A stretch of DNA of 64,000 nucleotides from Octopus vulgaris (Eukaryota). The notes under the pieces are model-generated. The model saw only the letters and a program-made list of their open reading frames with translations. It made no database searches and had not been told where the DNA came from. Positions 13,945-27,157 of the stretch are shown here, piece by piece (position 1 is the first letter of the stretch; each line of letters opens with the position of its first letter). The position numbers and the translations under genes are program-made. The stretch spans positions 145,638,001 through 145,702,000 of the forward strand of contig OX597816.1 of assembly GCA_951406725.2 (NCBI GenBank), given 5' to 3'.

Positions 13945-15224
13945 GCCTAGACCATATGCAAACAAAGGCTACTCACCATGGATGAATAAAGGCAATAACA
14001 TTTTCACTCTTTCAAGAAATACCGTGACAGAATATCATATCGTTCTCCCTTTATACCGCTACTGCAGCCGATCTACTTATCAAGGATGGACTGCCTTGTA
14101 CCACTTACACATTTGATTTTCCAACTCATTAGACTTAACTTCTCTTATCCTCCGTAATTTGGAAGTCAACAATGTTATGCACTAAACACTACATCCAATT
14201 TTTCCTCCCTTCTCTTTTCTCTATTGTGCATGTCTCGAATTGCTGCACTTCAATATATACGATAACCAAAACTGTGCATGAAAAGAGAACTATAATGTAA
14301 GCGACGAATGGATGGAGTGGAACAGCAGCGCCGACGCCAACTTACTGGAAGATCTTTGATTGTTGGGATAAGGGTAGAATTAAAATCGACTGCACACGTT
14401 GTAAAAATGCATGCAACAAAGTGAAAGCCACTAAAAAGAGAAAGCAGTTGTTTTAAAACTTGTACTAGTAACTTTTACAGAGAGTGGCCTCGATAATCCA
14501 AATAAAGAGTTTCTGCACAGTTTACTCACAGTATCCAATTGTCGAATTGCATTCAAATGGATTTTGTAGGGTTGAGGTAATATAAGAGAAACTCACTATA
14601 TAGCATGCGCTAATATTGAACCTATAACCGCTGGATTAAGAAACGACATTCTTAATTAAAAGGCTTTATCTGAGCTAATAAAGGCTTTATAACTTAGAAG
14701 TAATTCAAAATAGAGCAGCAGTATAACCGAATACCAATGACAGAAATCAATAAAAGACAAAAGACAAGGAAGGAATATGAAAAGCAATCTGTGTTCTTAG
14801 AAGCAAATAATATGAAGCAAGTATTCATTGGAAAACGATTCAGATTTTGTTTTTTGAATAAGTAATTGGAAAAGCAGACGATAAATCAATGTAGCCATTC
14901 CAATGAGACGAAAAAAAATCTCATCCTGAACAATATTCTGTAAGCCTAAAGAGAAACTAAGTTAACAGAAATAATAACAAACTATATACTTCAGTAAAAT
15001 CATTCGGCTGAAGGCACGAAGCTACATTTGATATGTACCAGACATATCTACAAAGGGATAAAAATAAAATAAGGATTTGCATTTAGGCGAACGCAATGGA
15101 ATCATCATAAAAAGCGATCGAAAACTTCATTTATGTTTGTTCATTTCCCGCTAAATATTATTTTGTGTAGTGGGTAGAAATATATATCTAATCAGGTATT
15201 TAGCTTGGGGTAATAGAAAAGTTG

Positions 15225-15274
<50 letters not shown>

Positions 15275-16175
15275 GTGCGTGTGTGTGCATGCGCGTTCGT
15301 ATGCATGTGTGAAGAAAAGGAAGATAATTTGAGAGAACAACATACAACATCTAATGAGGTTAGTGACAAAGACATGCTACCATAATCCCAGAAACACTGG
15401 TGCAAGCTGACAACCAAGCAAATTAAATGTAAAACACAGTCTCTCTCAAACATTAGAAACAAACTTCTACAAAAGAACAACGATTTTATATAGCTTCTTA
15501 AGAAATATATTTTAAGCGAAAAGCGATTAAGTGTGCGACTCTGAGAATCCTATTTCAATTATGTTTATAATGGTATACGTATTATTTGCCTTGTCTAAAT
15601 GAACGTTTTTATCTTTTTTCTTAATGTACTGCTTTTGGTAAGCATATACAGATAACCCCGCAAGTCGAATGCATTTACTTGTTCTCATTTAAACAAAAAC
15701 AAAATACGATGATCCGTTGACAATCTATGATTCATTTCACATAGCTAATAAATATTGGAATGTATTCCAAAACACTAACATCGACAATAATAAATTTAGG
15801 AAATGAAATAAAAAAATCCAATTACGCTTAATCCTAAAGTTTAGAAATATTATTTATGAAATTAAAACCAGCGTTTCACAATTAGTCGAAAGTTGCCGGT
15901 ATCACAAATACCATATTAATTTCATTCAAAATACCACAAATAAGAAAGAAGGGACAAAGCGCACATTAGTAGAAACTTCTGAACTAATGGAGACGTTACA
16001 GATGCAAATCTCGTACTTTTGCAATTAATGACTGCAAAATAAAAATGATTCGAAAGCATCCAACAGACGATAACGTTGAAGAATCTGGGGTGAAAAACAC
16101 TGCAGTATTTCATTAATAATCATATAACTTCTTGAAATGTATGTGTATGTGTCTGCGTGTGTCTGCGATACATAC

Positions 16176-16586
16176 TTCTTTACTGCCCACAAGGGGCTAA
16201 ACACAGAGAGGACAAACACGGACAGACAAACGGATTAAGTCGATTATATCGACCCCAGTGCGTAACTGGTAGTTAATTTATCGACCCCGAAAGGATGAAA
16301 GGCAAAGTCGACCTCGGCAGAATTTGAACTCAGAACGTAGCGGCAGACGAAATACCTCTTTCTTTACTACCCACAAGGGGCTAAACACAGAGAGGACAAA
16401 CAAGGGCAGACAAACGGATTAAGTCGATTATATCGATCCCAGTGCGTAAATGGTACTTATTTAATCGACCCCGAAAGGATGAAAAGCAAAATCGACCTCG
16501 GCGGAATTTGAACTCAGAACGTAACGACAGACGAAATACGGCTACGCATTTCGCCCGGCGTGCTAACGTTTCTGTCAGCCTGTCGC
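16176..16586 (-). mobile_element. SINE family A tandem dimer (full copy 16359-16586 + head-less copy 16176-16355)
   Basis: Two near-identical ~180 bp units. The head has an A-box-like tgacagaaacgttagc and B-box gagttcaaattcc. The central gcctttcatcctttcggggtcgataaa motif resembles the Meta-type SINE domain. Confidence 0.92.
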
Positions 16587-18457
16587 TTTTGTGTGTGATA
16601 CCTGCTAGATCTACTTATCTATTACAATGATTTCTACTTAATGATTTGGCCGAATATATAGATCCGTGATTATTAAGCAAAAGAGATCAATGCTTGGTGA
16701 TAATTTCAAATACAATATTATCTACTTACTATTTTGAATGTAATGTTAAATATTAAATAATAGAATTTCAATGATTGTTTAAGTTATACTCAGAAAAGTT
16801 TGAGATCAGCAATTCTATACACGAATGCGTTAGTAGTTTACAGTCATTGATTAAAGATTAAGCACTATTGTTAGAACGTCAAATATTTAGACAGTAAGAG
16901 ATAATATGGCCATAAGAAAAGGTATAAGAAAATAAATAGTTCCTACACGATACTTGTCACGCGACGATAGAGGAGTGTTTTAATTGAAAATACACTTTTT
17001 ACGTTACATGTATTATACTTAATCAGAATTGGTTACATTAGCGTAACAAAGCGTGTGATAGGGAGAGAGGGAGAGAGAGAAAGAACGAAAAGTTGTGAGA
17101 AAGAGAGAGAGAGAGAAGAGGGAAAATAAAAAAGAAATATAATGTAAGCTAAAGCAGAAAAAACAATGTAGTTTAATGACGAATGAAAAATAGAATGAGA
17201 TGAAGTCAAATCTAGCCGATTACAGAGGAAATTAGATATACAAGTATATTGGTGTGTACACACAGAAACTAAATTGTATTAAGAAATGGGAAGAGTTATG
17301 GCGACAAATGGAATAAAGGATACAAACAGACTGGGTACACAAGCGTAATAGTGAGAAGCTATTTCCATCTGTGAGTGACTAACGCTGGAAATTGAAAATC
17401 GACAGAAGTCGTTAATGTTGCGTTTTGGTGCAACAGTTGAATATACATATATACATGCACACGTATTTTGATGCTCATAACGATATATATAGGAACTCTA
17501 TACGCATGTAACAGTCACAGAGGAAACAGAGACACAGACAGACTGACAGACAGACACGCTCACAATCATGAGTGTATGTGTATGAGTGCAAGTATGTATA
17601 TATTTATGTATGCGCACATACATGTATCATAATACGCTTGTGATCCACGGTTTTTTTTTTTATCTCGCCATAATTTTCGTTTTATATATCTATCAATCTA
17701 CCGGTGTATCATTCTGTCTGTCTTTCTAACTATCGAAATTTTCGTATATATGCACACACATTTATATGTAATATAATATGATATAGTATAATATAATATC
17801 ACACAATATAAGGTATATGATTTATATATATGCGTGTATATATATCTATATCTATATATATATATGTAACTGTATACACACCAACCTATGTATGCATGCA
17901 TATACATACATATACATATACATACTCACATACATACTCGCACCCACACAAACAGAAATATCTACATGTATGTGTGGGTGTGTATTTGCGTGTGTATACG
18001 GGTGCCTTTAGACGCTTATGGTGTTCGGAAAAGCATTAGAATTCATTAAAACCAGTGTCGGCATCATTAATCCGTTAAGAAAACGCTAAGGATGATTTGC
18101 AAATCTAGATCAACAAATGCTCACAGTAGACAGTCAGAAAAAAATTAGCAAAGAGAGAGAGAGAGAGGGGGGAGAAATTAAACTGGTCCAAAACACCAAT
18201 AAAATTGAAAAGTAAACAAAAAAAACTAAAGTAAACGACATTAATAAATAAATAAATCAACTGTGGCCAAATTAACAATAATGGCTGTGGAAATAACCAT
18301 AAAGACTAGCATTTCGTTAGATGTAAGTTGTATTTAAACACGAAAGAAGAAACGAAGAATGTCGACTTCTTTATGTCAATAGCGTTACGGAGTCTCACTC
18401 TTGACATTAATGCTGTTTAAAAGACTCGAGGCAGTTGTAACCTAAAGTAAATCACCT

Positions 18458-18546
18458 TTCTCTCTCTCTCTCTGTCTCTCTCTCTGTCTCTCTCTGTCTC
18501 TTTCTCTTTCAATTTAAATCTTTCATGCCATCACGATCTATCTATG

Positions 18547-18599
<53 letters not shown>

Positions 18600-18654
18600 G
18601 TCTATCTCTTTCTGTATGTATCTATGTATCTATGTATGTATGTATGTATGTATG

Positions 18655-18692
<38 letters not shown>

Positions 18693-18936
18693 CAGCATAT
18701 GCACACGCACTATATATATATTTATATATAGATTAGATAGATAGATCGAGAGAGAGAGATAAATAGATAGATAGTTACATAGATTAGATAGATACGTACA
18801 TACAAACAAACATACATACACACCACATACACACATACACACATATATATATATATATACACACACACAGGCACTAATGTGCATGTGACATAAATATGTG
18901 CTCACGCGCGAGAATATATTCATTCATATGTGTGTG

Positions 18937-18983
<47 letters not shown>

Positions 18984-19130
18984 AATATATACATATATGT
19001 ACATATATGCATTTATATCACACACTCATACATATATATGAAACTATGTATATTTACATATACACATGTATACATATACATATATATAATACACAAACAC
19101 AAACAAACATACACACACACACACATATGC
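18458..19130. repeat. (TC)n/(TATC)n/(TATG)n/(TA)n microsatellite cluster
   Basis: Directly visible tetra- and dinucleotide tracts. Confidence 0.95.
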
Positions 19131-20877
19131 CTGTATCTTGTCGTCAGACATTTTCGTGTGTTTCTGTTTTATATCCTTATCAACCTTCTTGTGTTCAGTC
19201 ATTCACTGTGACACATACAGATGTAAATACACGTATACACAGCATACAATCACATGAATTTCTACTCAGCCATTTCTCTCTTAGTTTTCCATATTATATT
19301 TTTGTTTTTCCTTCCATTTCTTCACTCAACTTTCTATCATCCCTCGCTCTAATATAGAACATGAAGCTTGAAACCATAACGATTCCAAGTCATTTTCAAT
19401 TTCAAGGAAATAGTTATAACATATTTATTTTTTTTATTTTCTATATTTTCTTTTTATTATAAGTTATTTTCGTTTTGTTTCTTCCATTAAGAAGTCGATA
19501 TTGTTCCATTATCTTGGAAGCGTTACTTTTAAGAGTTGCCTGCCTTGAATTTTTGGACTACCATTAGCATTACTCTCCGTGCTTTTACGTCACTCCATCT
19601 GGTCTGATTTACCGAAGAAGTCTTCTCTCATCATCTTCACATTTTAAAGGTTTTCTTATATGAAGCGTAAATTTCCTGTTCTTGACGAAGTAGCATTAGT
19701 TAAGAGTAAATTTTAAAATGAATTGCAGAATTACATGGTGGGAAAGAGAGAATAGTAAAGAAAGATAGTCAGGTAATGAGACAGAAGTAGTAGAAAAGGA
19801 AGAAAAATTAAGAAAAATAAAAAATAAGAACGAAAATCAATAAAGGAAAAGAAAATTGAGCGCAAACAAAATGAATTAGAATAAAGAATAAAAAAAACCG
19901 TATATATATATATATATAATATTAATCATAAAAGAATATTCTAAATACATTATTTGCATAAGGGCTCTCTTTCTTTCCGTCTCTCTCTCTATCTCTGTTT
20001 CTCTCACAAACAACAAATACATGCGTGCGCACATCCACTCATACATACAAACACACATGCATAGTTGCACTAATATATATATAAATATATATGTATGTGT
20101 GTGTGTATGTGTGTGTGTATGTGTGTGTATGTGTGTGTAGTAAGTGTATATTATTGAACAACATTAGTCGCTATTGTTATTTATCTAAAGGCCGTAAAGG
20201 ACAGCATTACTTTAGGTATCCGATGGTTTATAAGAGCTCAAGCTGTGAGAATCCGTCAACCTTTTATTTCAGCAGAGTATCATACATTACTTCATCCAAT
20301 GTACTTTGTATATTTTCAACAGTTTTAGTTTGGTATGCGATTGGGATCTGTCTGACATTCCTTGCAGGGCATGCAAACTCCTAATAATACTCTCATCAGC
20401 TTATGATTAATAGTGATCAGTTACATCTCTCTGCCCCTTCCATACTGGCATGAAAGTCAGCATGATTATAATTATAAAGTATCATTCAAATTTGCATTAA
20501 TAGATTTCACTTCTGAAGTACACAATTTTAAATAGACTCATAAATGTCTATGCAATTTCCTGAATGAAAAAAGAAACAAATTTAACTTTTACTCGATTGC
20601 GTGATTGACAAAATTCTTTAAAGTAGCAAATATGTTCCTAAGCTAAACCCAACGCAATTTTAATGAACTGATATGCTCATAAGTGGTTCGTTCATTTAGG
20701 AAGTCTGTAAATAAATAAAACAATCATTGTCAGCATACCATTTGCAATATCAACGAATTTTAGCAAGGTAGTTCACGATAAGGCACATTGAAAGGCTTAT
20801 AGCTTTTTAAAGAATTCAAGGCCATAGCAGGGAATCTGAAAATCTTCCTCAGCGAGTGAAGTCATGATTATGAAAAC

Positions 20878-20913
20878 CTGTTGCTGCTGTTGCTGTTGCT
20901 GCCGCTGATTCTG

Positions 20914-20977
<64 letters not shown>
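20878..20977. repeat. (CTA)n trinucleotide tract
   Basis: About 20 CTA units preceded by (TGC/TGT) repeats. Confidence 0.95.
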
Positions 20978-22842
20978 GTTTCCATTTTAGCAGACGGGAA
21001 ACATGACTACGCTTGCATTTATCCACGCTCTCCCGACATATATGCGACCATGCATCCACATTCCACCCAAAAAGGTAATTGCGCATTCGTAAATTATGAT
21101 AGCAGAAACAGCGTATAGCAAAATATCTTATCGCGCTGCAAAAACAACGGACAATTCTAATAATAAAAATAAGCAAACCTAAACACCCTCACGCAATTTT
21201 CTATCAGCAAATATGGAGAAAACATATCTTCTATTGAAACTCAAAAGGAAAAAAAAAAAGAGATAAAAGTCAAAGAGTGTTTCGGGTAATTATGTTTATT
21301 CCCAAGCCTACAAACAGAAGACTGTTAAAAAATGTAAATACAAGATGCAAAATCATAAATATTTACCAAACACAGGCAATAAATATTTTCCGTAAATAGC
21401 TGTCATTTAAGAAATAGTATAACATCACCAGGTATATGTGCTGTAAGACACCACAGTATGATACACTATAGACAAACATTACTGATACCGTTAAATAATG
21501 TAACCGTCAGTCCCCTTGGAGGAGACGGTAAAACATAATATTTTCTAACATCTTGAAAATCACTCCCTCCTCAGATGAACGTACGTCTCTAATAAAGCCA
21601 GATCAGTTATGGATTCAGTCTCCAATATGATCGCAAGTGCTCCCCATCTCTCTCTCTCTCTCTCTCTCTCTACCTCTCTTTCTCTCTCTCTGTACCTCTC
21701 TTTCTCGCTCTCTCTCTTTGAAATCACCATGGAAACATAAAACATCTGGCGAAATTTATTATTTATATACATTTCTTGTTTGTTATATCACTGACCGCTT
21801 GTTAGATTTGCGCGGTCACAGACTACATGATAGAGCTCCCTCAGTTCCACACTCTATGAACAATAGTATAACCAAAGGTTCCATGTCTTATGCCGCACAC
21901 TTTTAATTGCCTTAGGCACCAACAAATTTCATTGTCACCCAGATGATACCACGATTAATTCCGCTATAAAATTCTGCCCACCAGCATAATCTAAATACAT
22001 GTTACTCACCAAACGCTAAAAATATTCTACGTCATTAAACAAATATTCGGGTATATTCTTCAATGTCGTCATACCAACAACAAAATCAGTGGTTCATATT
22101 ATAACAGTATCATTGCATTCATCTGGAACTATGAATAATAGGAAAGCAAAGCTCACAAGTTTGCTACAACACTATACTTTCTACCATCGCGTGTCCTCAT
22201 TGGCAAATGCAGATCCCACAGCTAATGAATACAACAGTACGAAATCTAATCCACACTTTGAGGGATTCTATATTATCTTAAAACTGAATACGCTACAAAA
22301 CTCAAAGTTACACAGGTTTTGCGCTGATGTCACTAAGTGTATGGATATCGTAAATATAAAGCAGAGAAAAAAAAGCAATCGAATACTTAAAAAGATGTGA
22401 TAACGTGCCAATTTTGTCCCACAAATTTGCATCCTCCAACCATAGACTTTTCTCAGAATATATTCGTCTCTCTTTCTCTGAGCAAAGCATGCTATTCTTC
22501 CAGTGTTATTACCGATACCATACATATTCCTTCAGGTCTCATTTCAACATCACTAGTGCTTCACTTACACGAATCGACACATTGAAATATATTGTTTTTC
22601 AGCATTCAACGAATTGCAACTGTATACTGCGTCGAACCTAGCCGCATCAAACATTTTGCAAAAGCCAATGAAAGAAATATGGTGATCTAAAACGTGTATA
22701 GTGACAAAACAGTGAATATTTAAAATAAATCACATTCTAAGTATCTCGTAGCAGATTCACATAGATTTGAAACTAGTACAAAACTACTGCGATATATCAT
22801 TCAAATTTATAGCAATATATATTTAAACAGATACCAACTAAG

Positions 22843-22916
<74 letters not shown>

Positions 22917-22917
22917 G

Positions 22918-22948
<31 letters not shown>

Positions 22949-22985
22949 ATGTATGTATTATGTATATATATGTATATGTATTATC

Positions 22986-23808
22986 GGATATTTTCGCTTT
23001 GACCGGTAGATTTTTAAAATAATTTCTTTGTAACTAAAAAATTTTAAACATCGTATAATGGTAGAATGTGTTTATAAAACATCTTTTTCTCTTGGCTTTC
23101 TTGAGAAAATTCTGTAGTTCGTAAGATATTTGTTTTTTATTTTCTTGCGTTTCGGCAATTTCAACCAATCAATGATGTCTTTTGAGGTGAAAATGATTTC
23201 TGCCGTAGTGTGTCAACAACATTTTCTGGCGGTGTCATATGAAAATGTCCCTGTTATTTATGACATATTTCATATCAGTTACGTTCGTATAAATAAAAGA
23301 TTATCGTTATTAAAACTTTTATTAATAAACACATATTCTAAGTTCACAACAACCCTAACCCTAACTCAAACCCTAACCCAACCCTAACCCAACCCTAACC
23401 CTAATCCTAAAAGAGATTGAAATGCAAAAGATCGATACTAGGGTCATAATTATGGGTGGACGCTAAAGAGGGAACGGTTTTGTTATCCAGCTCGGTTTAC
23501 GAGTGACCCCTCATTTTGTGGCCACAGGGTATCTTTTTTTCTCATGAATAACAGGGACATTTTCATATGACACCGCCAGAAAATGTATACGGCAGAAATC
23601 GTTTTCACCTCAATAGACGTCATTAATTGGTTGAAATTGTCGAAATGCAAGAAAATAAAAAAAAAATATCTTACAAACTAAAGAGTTTTCTCAAGAAAGC
23701 CAAGAGAAAAATATGTTTTATAAACACATTATACCAGTATACGAAGTTTAAAAGTGTTTAGTTACAAAGAAATTATTTTAAAGATCTGCCGGTCAAAGCG
23801 AAAAGATC
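22986..23808. mobile_element. Long-TIR MITE, probably Mutator/MULE-type
   Basis: About 270 bp inverted arms (22986-23258 and 23547-23808) with termini GGATATTTTC/GAAAAGATC. Flanks tgtattatc / tgtattatg give an 8-9 bp TSD. Confidence 0.88.
23350..23410. repeat. Telomere-like (AACCCT)n tract inside MITE
   Basis: aaccctaaccctaactcaaaccctaacccaaccctaacccaaccctaaccctaatcctaa. Confidence 0.85.
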
Positions 23809-23829
23809 TGTATTATGTCGATATATATA

Positions 23830-24300
23830 CAGGTGTTGGACAAAATAATCAAAGCATCTTAAAATTTCAAACAAATTTATTTTAATATGGGGTAGGACCA
23901 CCTTTGTTAGTAATTACAGCTTGTATTCTACGAGGTATGGACTCGTACAAAGTTGTAATTGTTTCCAAAGGAATTTTTGTCCATTCTTCATCTAAAACAG
24001 TCTCCAATTCTTGTAGTGATGAAGGTGGAGGATATCGATTCCTTACGTGTTTTTCTAAACATATGAGCACCAAAAATTTGACTTCTTTGAAAGTCCGATA
24101 GATTTGTCATTTTAATGAATTTTAATTACCTTTTTCAGATGAGATCTGAAGAGAAACAGCAATTTTAGAAAAAAACATATTAAGCAATACTAATAATGAA
24201 TAAAAAGCATAAAAATAAAGACGCTTTTGATAGTTTTATAAGTATTTCAAAATTATGTTGCTATGATGCTATGGGTTTCCATTATTGTGTCCAATAATCT
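23830..24300 (-). mobile_element. Tc1-family transposon, internally deleted
   Basis: TA + caggtgttggacaaaataat TIR with a degenerate partner attattgtgtccaataatct near 24280-24300. Encodes the Tc1 C-terminus PPSSLQELETVLDEEWTKIP..LYESIPRRIQAVITNKGGPTPY. Confidence 0.85.
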
Positions 24301-24409
24301 TTTTTCTTTATATATATATATATAAGCAATAATTAATCTCTGAACGAGGTATAGAGAGTAACTGCGGCAAATATACTTCATATATATAAGTATATATATA
24401 TGCATTTCT

Positions 24410-24590
24410 GTTTCCGTGTTTGTCAGCCCAACCCCGCACAATCGCTTGAAAACCGATCTCGTTGTGCTTACGTCACCGTGACTTAGCGGTTCGGCAAAAG
24501 ATACAGATAGAATAAGTCCTGGCGTCGATTTGTTCAACTAAAGGCTGTGCTCCGGCATAGCTGCAGTCAAATGACTGAAACAAGGAAAAT
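24410..24590 (+). mobile_element. SINE family B, 3' half
   Basis: acttagcggttcggcaaaaga..gatagaataagt..gcagtcaaatgactgaaacaag matches the 3' part of 47118-47556. Confidence 0.8.
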
Positions 24591-24949
24591 AATAAATTAT
24601 TCGTAAAATAAAATCAGCGAACGTGGTTTCCAGTTAGCAACGATATATCTGAAGCAACTTTTCACACAACTGATATAGAATATTTTCTCTTGCTCATACT
24701 GGCTTTATATAAATACATTAAACCAAAGTTTATTACTAGTGTCACTGAAATTTATTTATTGTGTCGCATTCACGGAATTTTAGGCACACAGATAGAGGCC
24801 ATTAAATATGAGTTTTAGTGGATGTTTACTTCGTGTTTAATGATTTACTGTTGATGTGCAACTTACATGTACCATTGGCACGGTGTAACTCCTTCATTTT
24901 ATGCGAGTATTTAACAGAAATATTTGTTCATGGGACAAGCTATTTCATA

Positions 24950-25022
24950 GCATTTGCTCCGGCTCACTACAGTTACAGTTCAAATCCTGCCGAGCTTAAC
25001 TTTACATTTCATCTATTCGGAA
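24950..25022 (+). mobile_element. SINE family A fragment, highly diverged
   Basis: agttcaaatcctgccgagcttaactttacatttcatctattcgg resembles the family A B-box and central domain. Confidence 0.55.
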
Positions 25023-25199
25023 CCAATGCATAAGCCAACAATTAACTGTAACAGCAGTATTACAATAATGTCGGAAAGTATGCTTTGTATAATACGATTT
25101 ACCTCTTTTCTCTCTAAGACCAAATCCTACTATGACCGCCCACAGTCGAAGACAAGTTCCTACGTGCGATTTAACAACATCAGATGATATCTTGTGTAC

Positions 25200-25375
25200 T
25201 TGCAGCGGATTTTAATATCCTTTCCCTTTTCTATGTTCCTGACGAAGGGCTCCGCCCGAAACGTTGAAGTCTCCTTCTTTCCCTCCTTTCCTGAGCGTCC
25301 AATAACACTATACTTGTTCCACGTCCTCGCGTTGTTGTGTTTTCTCTTTGTGTTTTTATGTTTGGATTAACTACA
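25200..25375 (+). mobile_element. Penelope pLTR/retrozyme-like short element carrying a hammerhead
   Basis: Hammerhead followed by cctgagcg and a T/G-rich tail ending at a microsatellite. Parallels 12203-12490. Confidence 0.65.
25236..25268 (+). ncRNA. Minimal type I hammerhead ribozyme
   Basis: ttc-CTGACGA-a-GGGC-tcc-GCCC-GAAACGTT-gaa. Core and stem II are perfect; stem I is ttc/gaa. Confidence 0.8.
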
Positions 25376-26525
25376 TACACACACACACACATATGTATAT
25401 ATATATATATATATTTATACACATATTTATATATACACACACGCATATATATTATGCATATATATACATGTATATATCTATGTGTCTGTGCGTACGTCTG
25501 TGTGCGAGTGTGTGCGTGTGTATATGTATGTATACGTGGCCTCAGTCTACTTGTCTATTTCTCTCTATATTTATCATTATAATTATATATTTTGAGATTT
25601 CATTAGATTTTAAAAAAATGTTGTAAACTAAATTTTTTAAGAAAGGCATTTTATTTTATCTACTTATTTTATTTTTATTTTCTTTAATTTTTGATTTTAT
25701 GATTTTCAAATTTTAGATTTTAATTGTTAGTCTATAATTTTTCTTAATGATTTAGTTTTGATTTACATTCTGTTAATCTAATTGAATTTAAGATTATATT
25801 TGGTCTTCAATGTTATTTGTTTACAAAATAACTATTTTCGTTTACCTTATTTTTAACGTCACATTTTTCAATCTATCCTTATTTATTAGCCACTCTTACC
25901 AAATCTTTCTCTACCGTATCATCATGATATAGTTGACAGCCAATTTACAAATACAATTCACTACCAATGTAAGTAGTACGAATGACTAAATATTAAGGAT
26001 GTAAGTTGACTATGAGAGAAAGTGACCCATATCAAATGTCAACACAATATCTGAATATTTTTTGACTTGAAGAAAATGCAAGTGTTTTGTGTGCGTTGAC
26101 CCAATTACAAACACTAATATATTTTTTATGATAGTCCCTTCCTCAATATCTGCCTTCTGTTGCTTCAGCTATGAAATGCCTTCCGTCCAAACTTTTTTCA
26201 ATAATTTCCTCTCTTCCAGTCTTTCTTCCTTTTCCCGTCAGTCTTTCTTTTCTAAACAATTACATCTCTCCCCCATTTCTCTTTGCCTCTCTTCCACTTA
26301 CATTATACTTAAACTCACTGCCTTTTTCAGTTCCTCTCTCCATGTCTGTACCATTCGTTTAATGTTCTGTTTGGTTATAACCAGAAATAACTCTTAATTG
26401 TGTACGTCGTTCAACTTTTTCTCAACAGATCAATGAGCCGATTGAGCAAACCTATCCATTATGAATCTGCAATGACTACTGGAAACAGCTGCAAGTCAAA
26501 TTTACTACATTAAAATAATATATAT

Positions 26526-26742
26526 TTCTTTATTACCCACAAGTGGCTAAACGTAGAGAGGACAAACAAGGATAGACAAACGGATTAAGTCGATTATATC
26601 GACCCCAATGCGTAACTGGTACTTATTTAATCGACCCCGAAGGGATGAAAGGCAAAGCCGACCTTGGCGGAATTTGAACTCACAACGTTGCGGCAGATGA
26701 AATACCGCCAAGCATTTCGCCCGGCGTGCTAACGTTTCTGCC
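26526..26742 (-). mobile_element. SINE family A
   Basis: Near-identical to 16359-16586. Confidence 0.92.
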
Positions 26743-26984
26743 ATCATTCATAATGTGTCTTCTCTATCGCTCTGCGTAACACCAGTATAACTGGAGAACT
26801 ACTGTGGATTCACGATATAGAGTGTGATAAATTATAACCTCAGTCCCTGCTACAAAACTACGCGGAGATTTTTTTTACTAATCTAAACAATAATGTGTGT
26901 CTATTTTACAAAGAGAGAGAGAGCTTATATAGTACTTTTGCACGAATTGATAACCCCTCACTAATAACTTTCTCTCTCTCTCTC

Positions 26985-27026
<42 letters not shown>

Positions 27027-27157
27027 CACATATTTATATATACACACATATATTATGCACATATATACATATATATGTGTGTGTGTGCGTGCGTGCGTGC
27101 GTGTGTGTGTGTATGCGAGTGTGTGTGTGCGTGGTTGTGTGTGTATATGTATGTGTA

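Noticed and set aside
16176-16586. Repeated units as a CRISPR-like array
   Set aside because: Eukaryotic SINE duplication, with no repeat-spacer periodicity and no cas genes.
21780-22680. Possible decayed transposase traces
   Set aside because: The weak motif hints fall on conflicting strands, and no TIRs were found.
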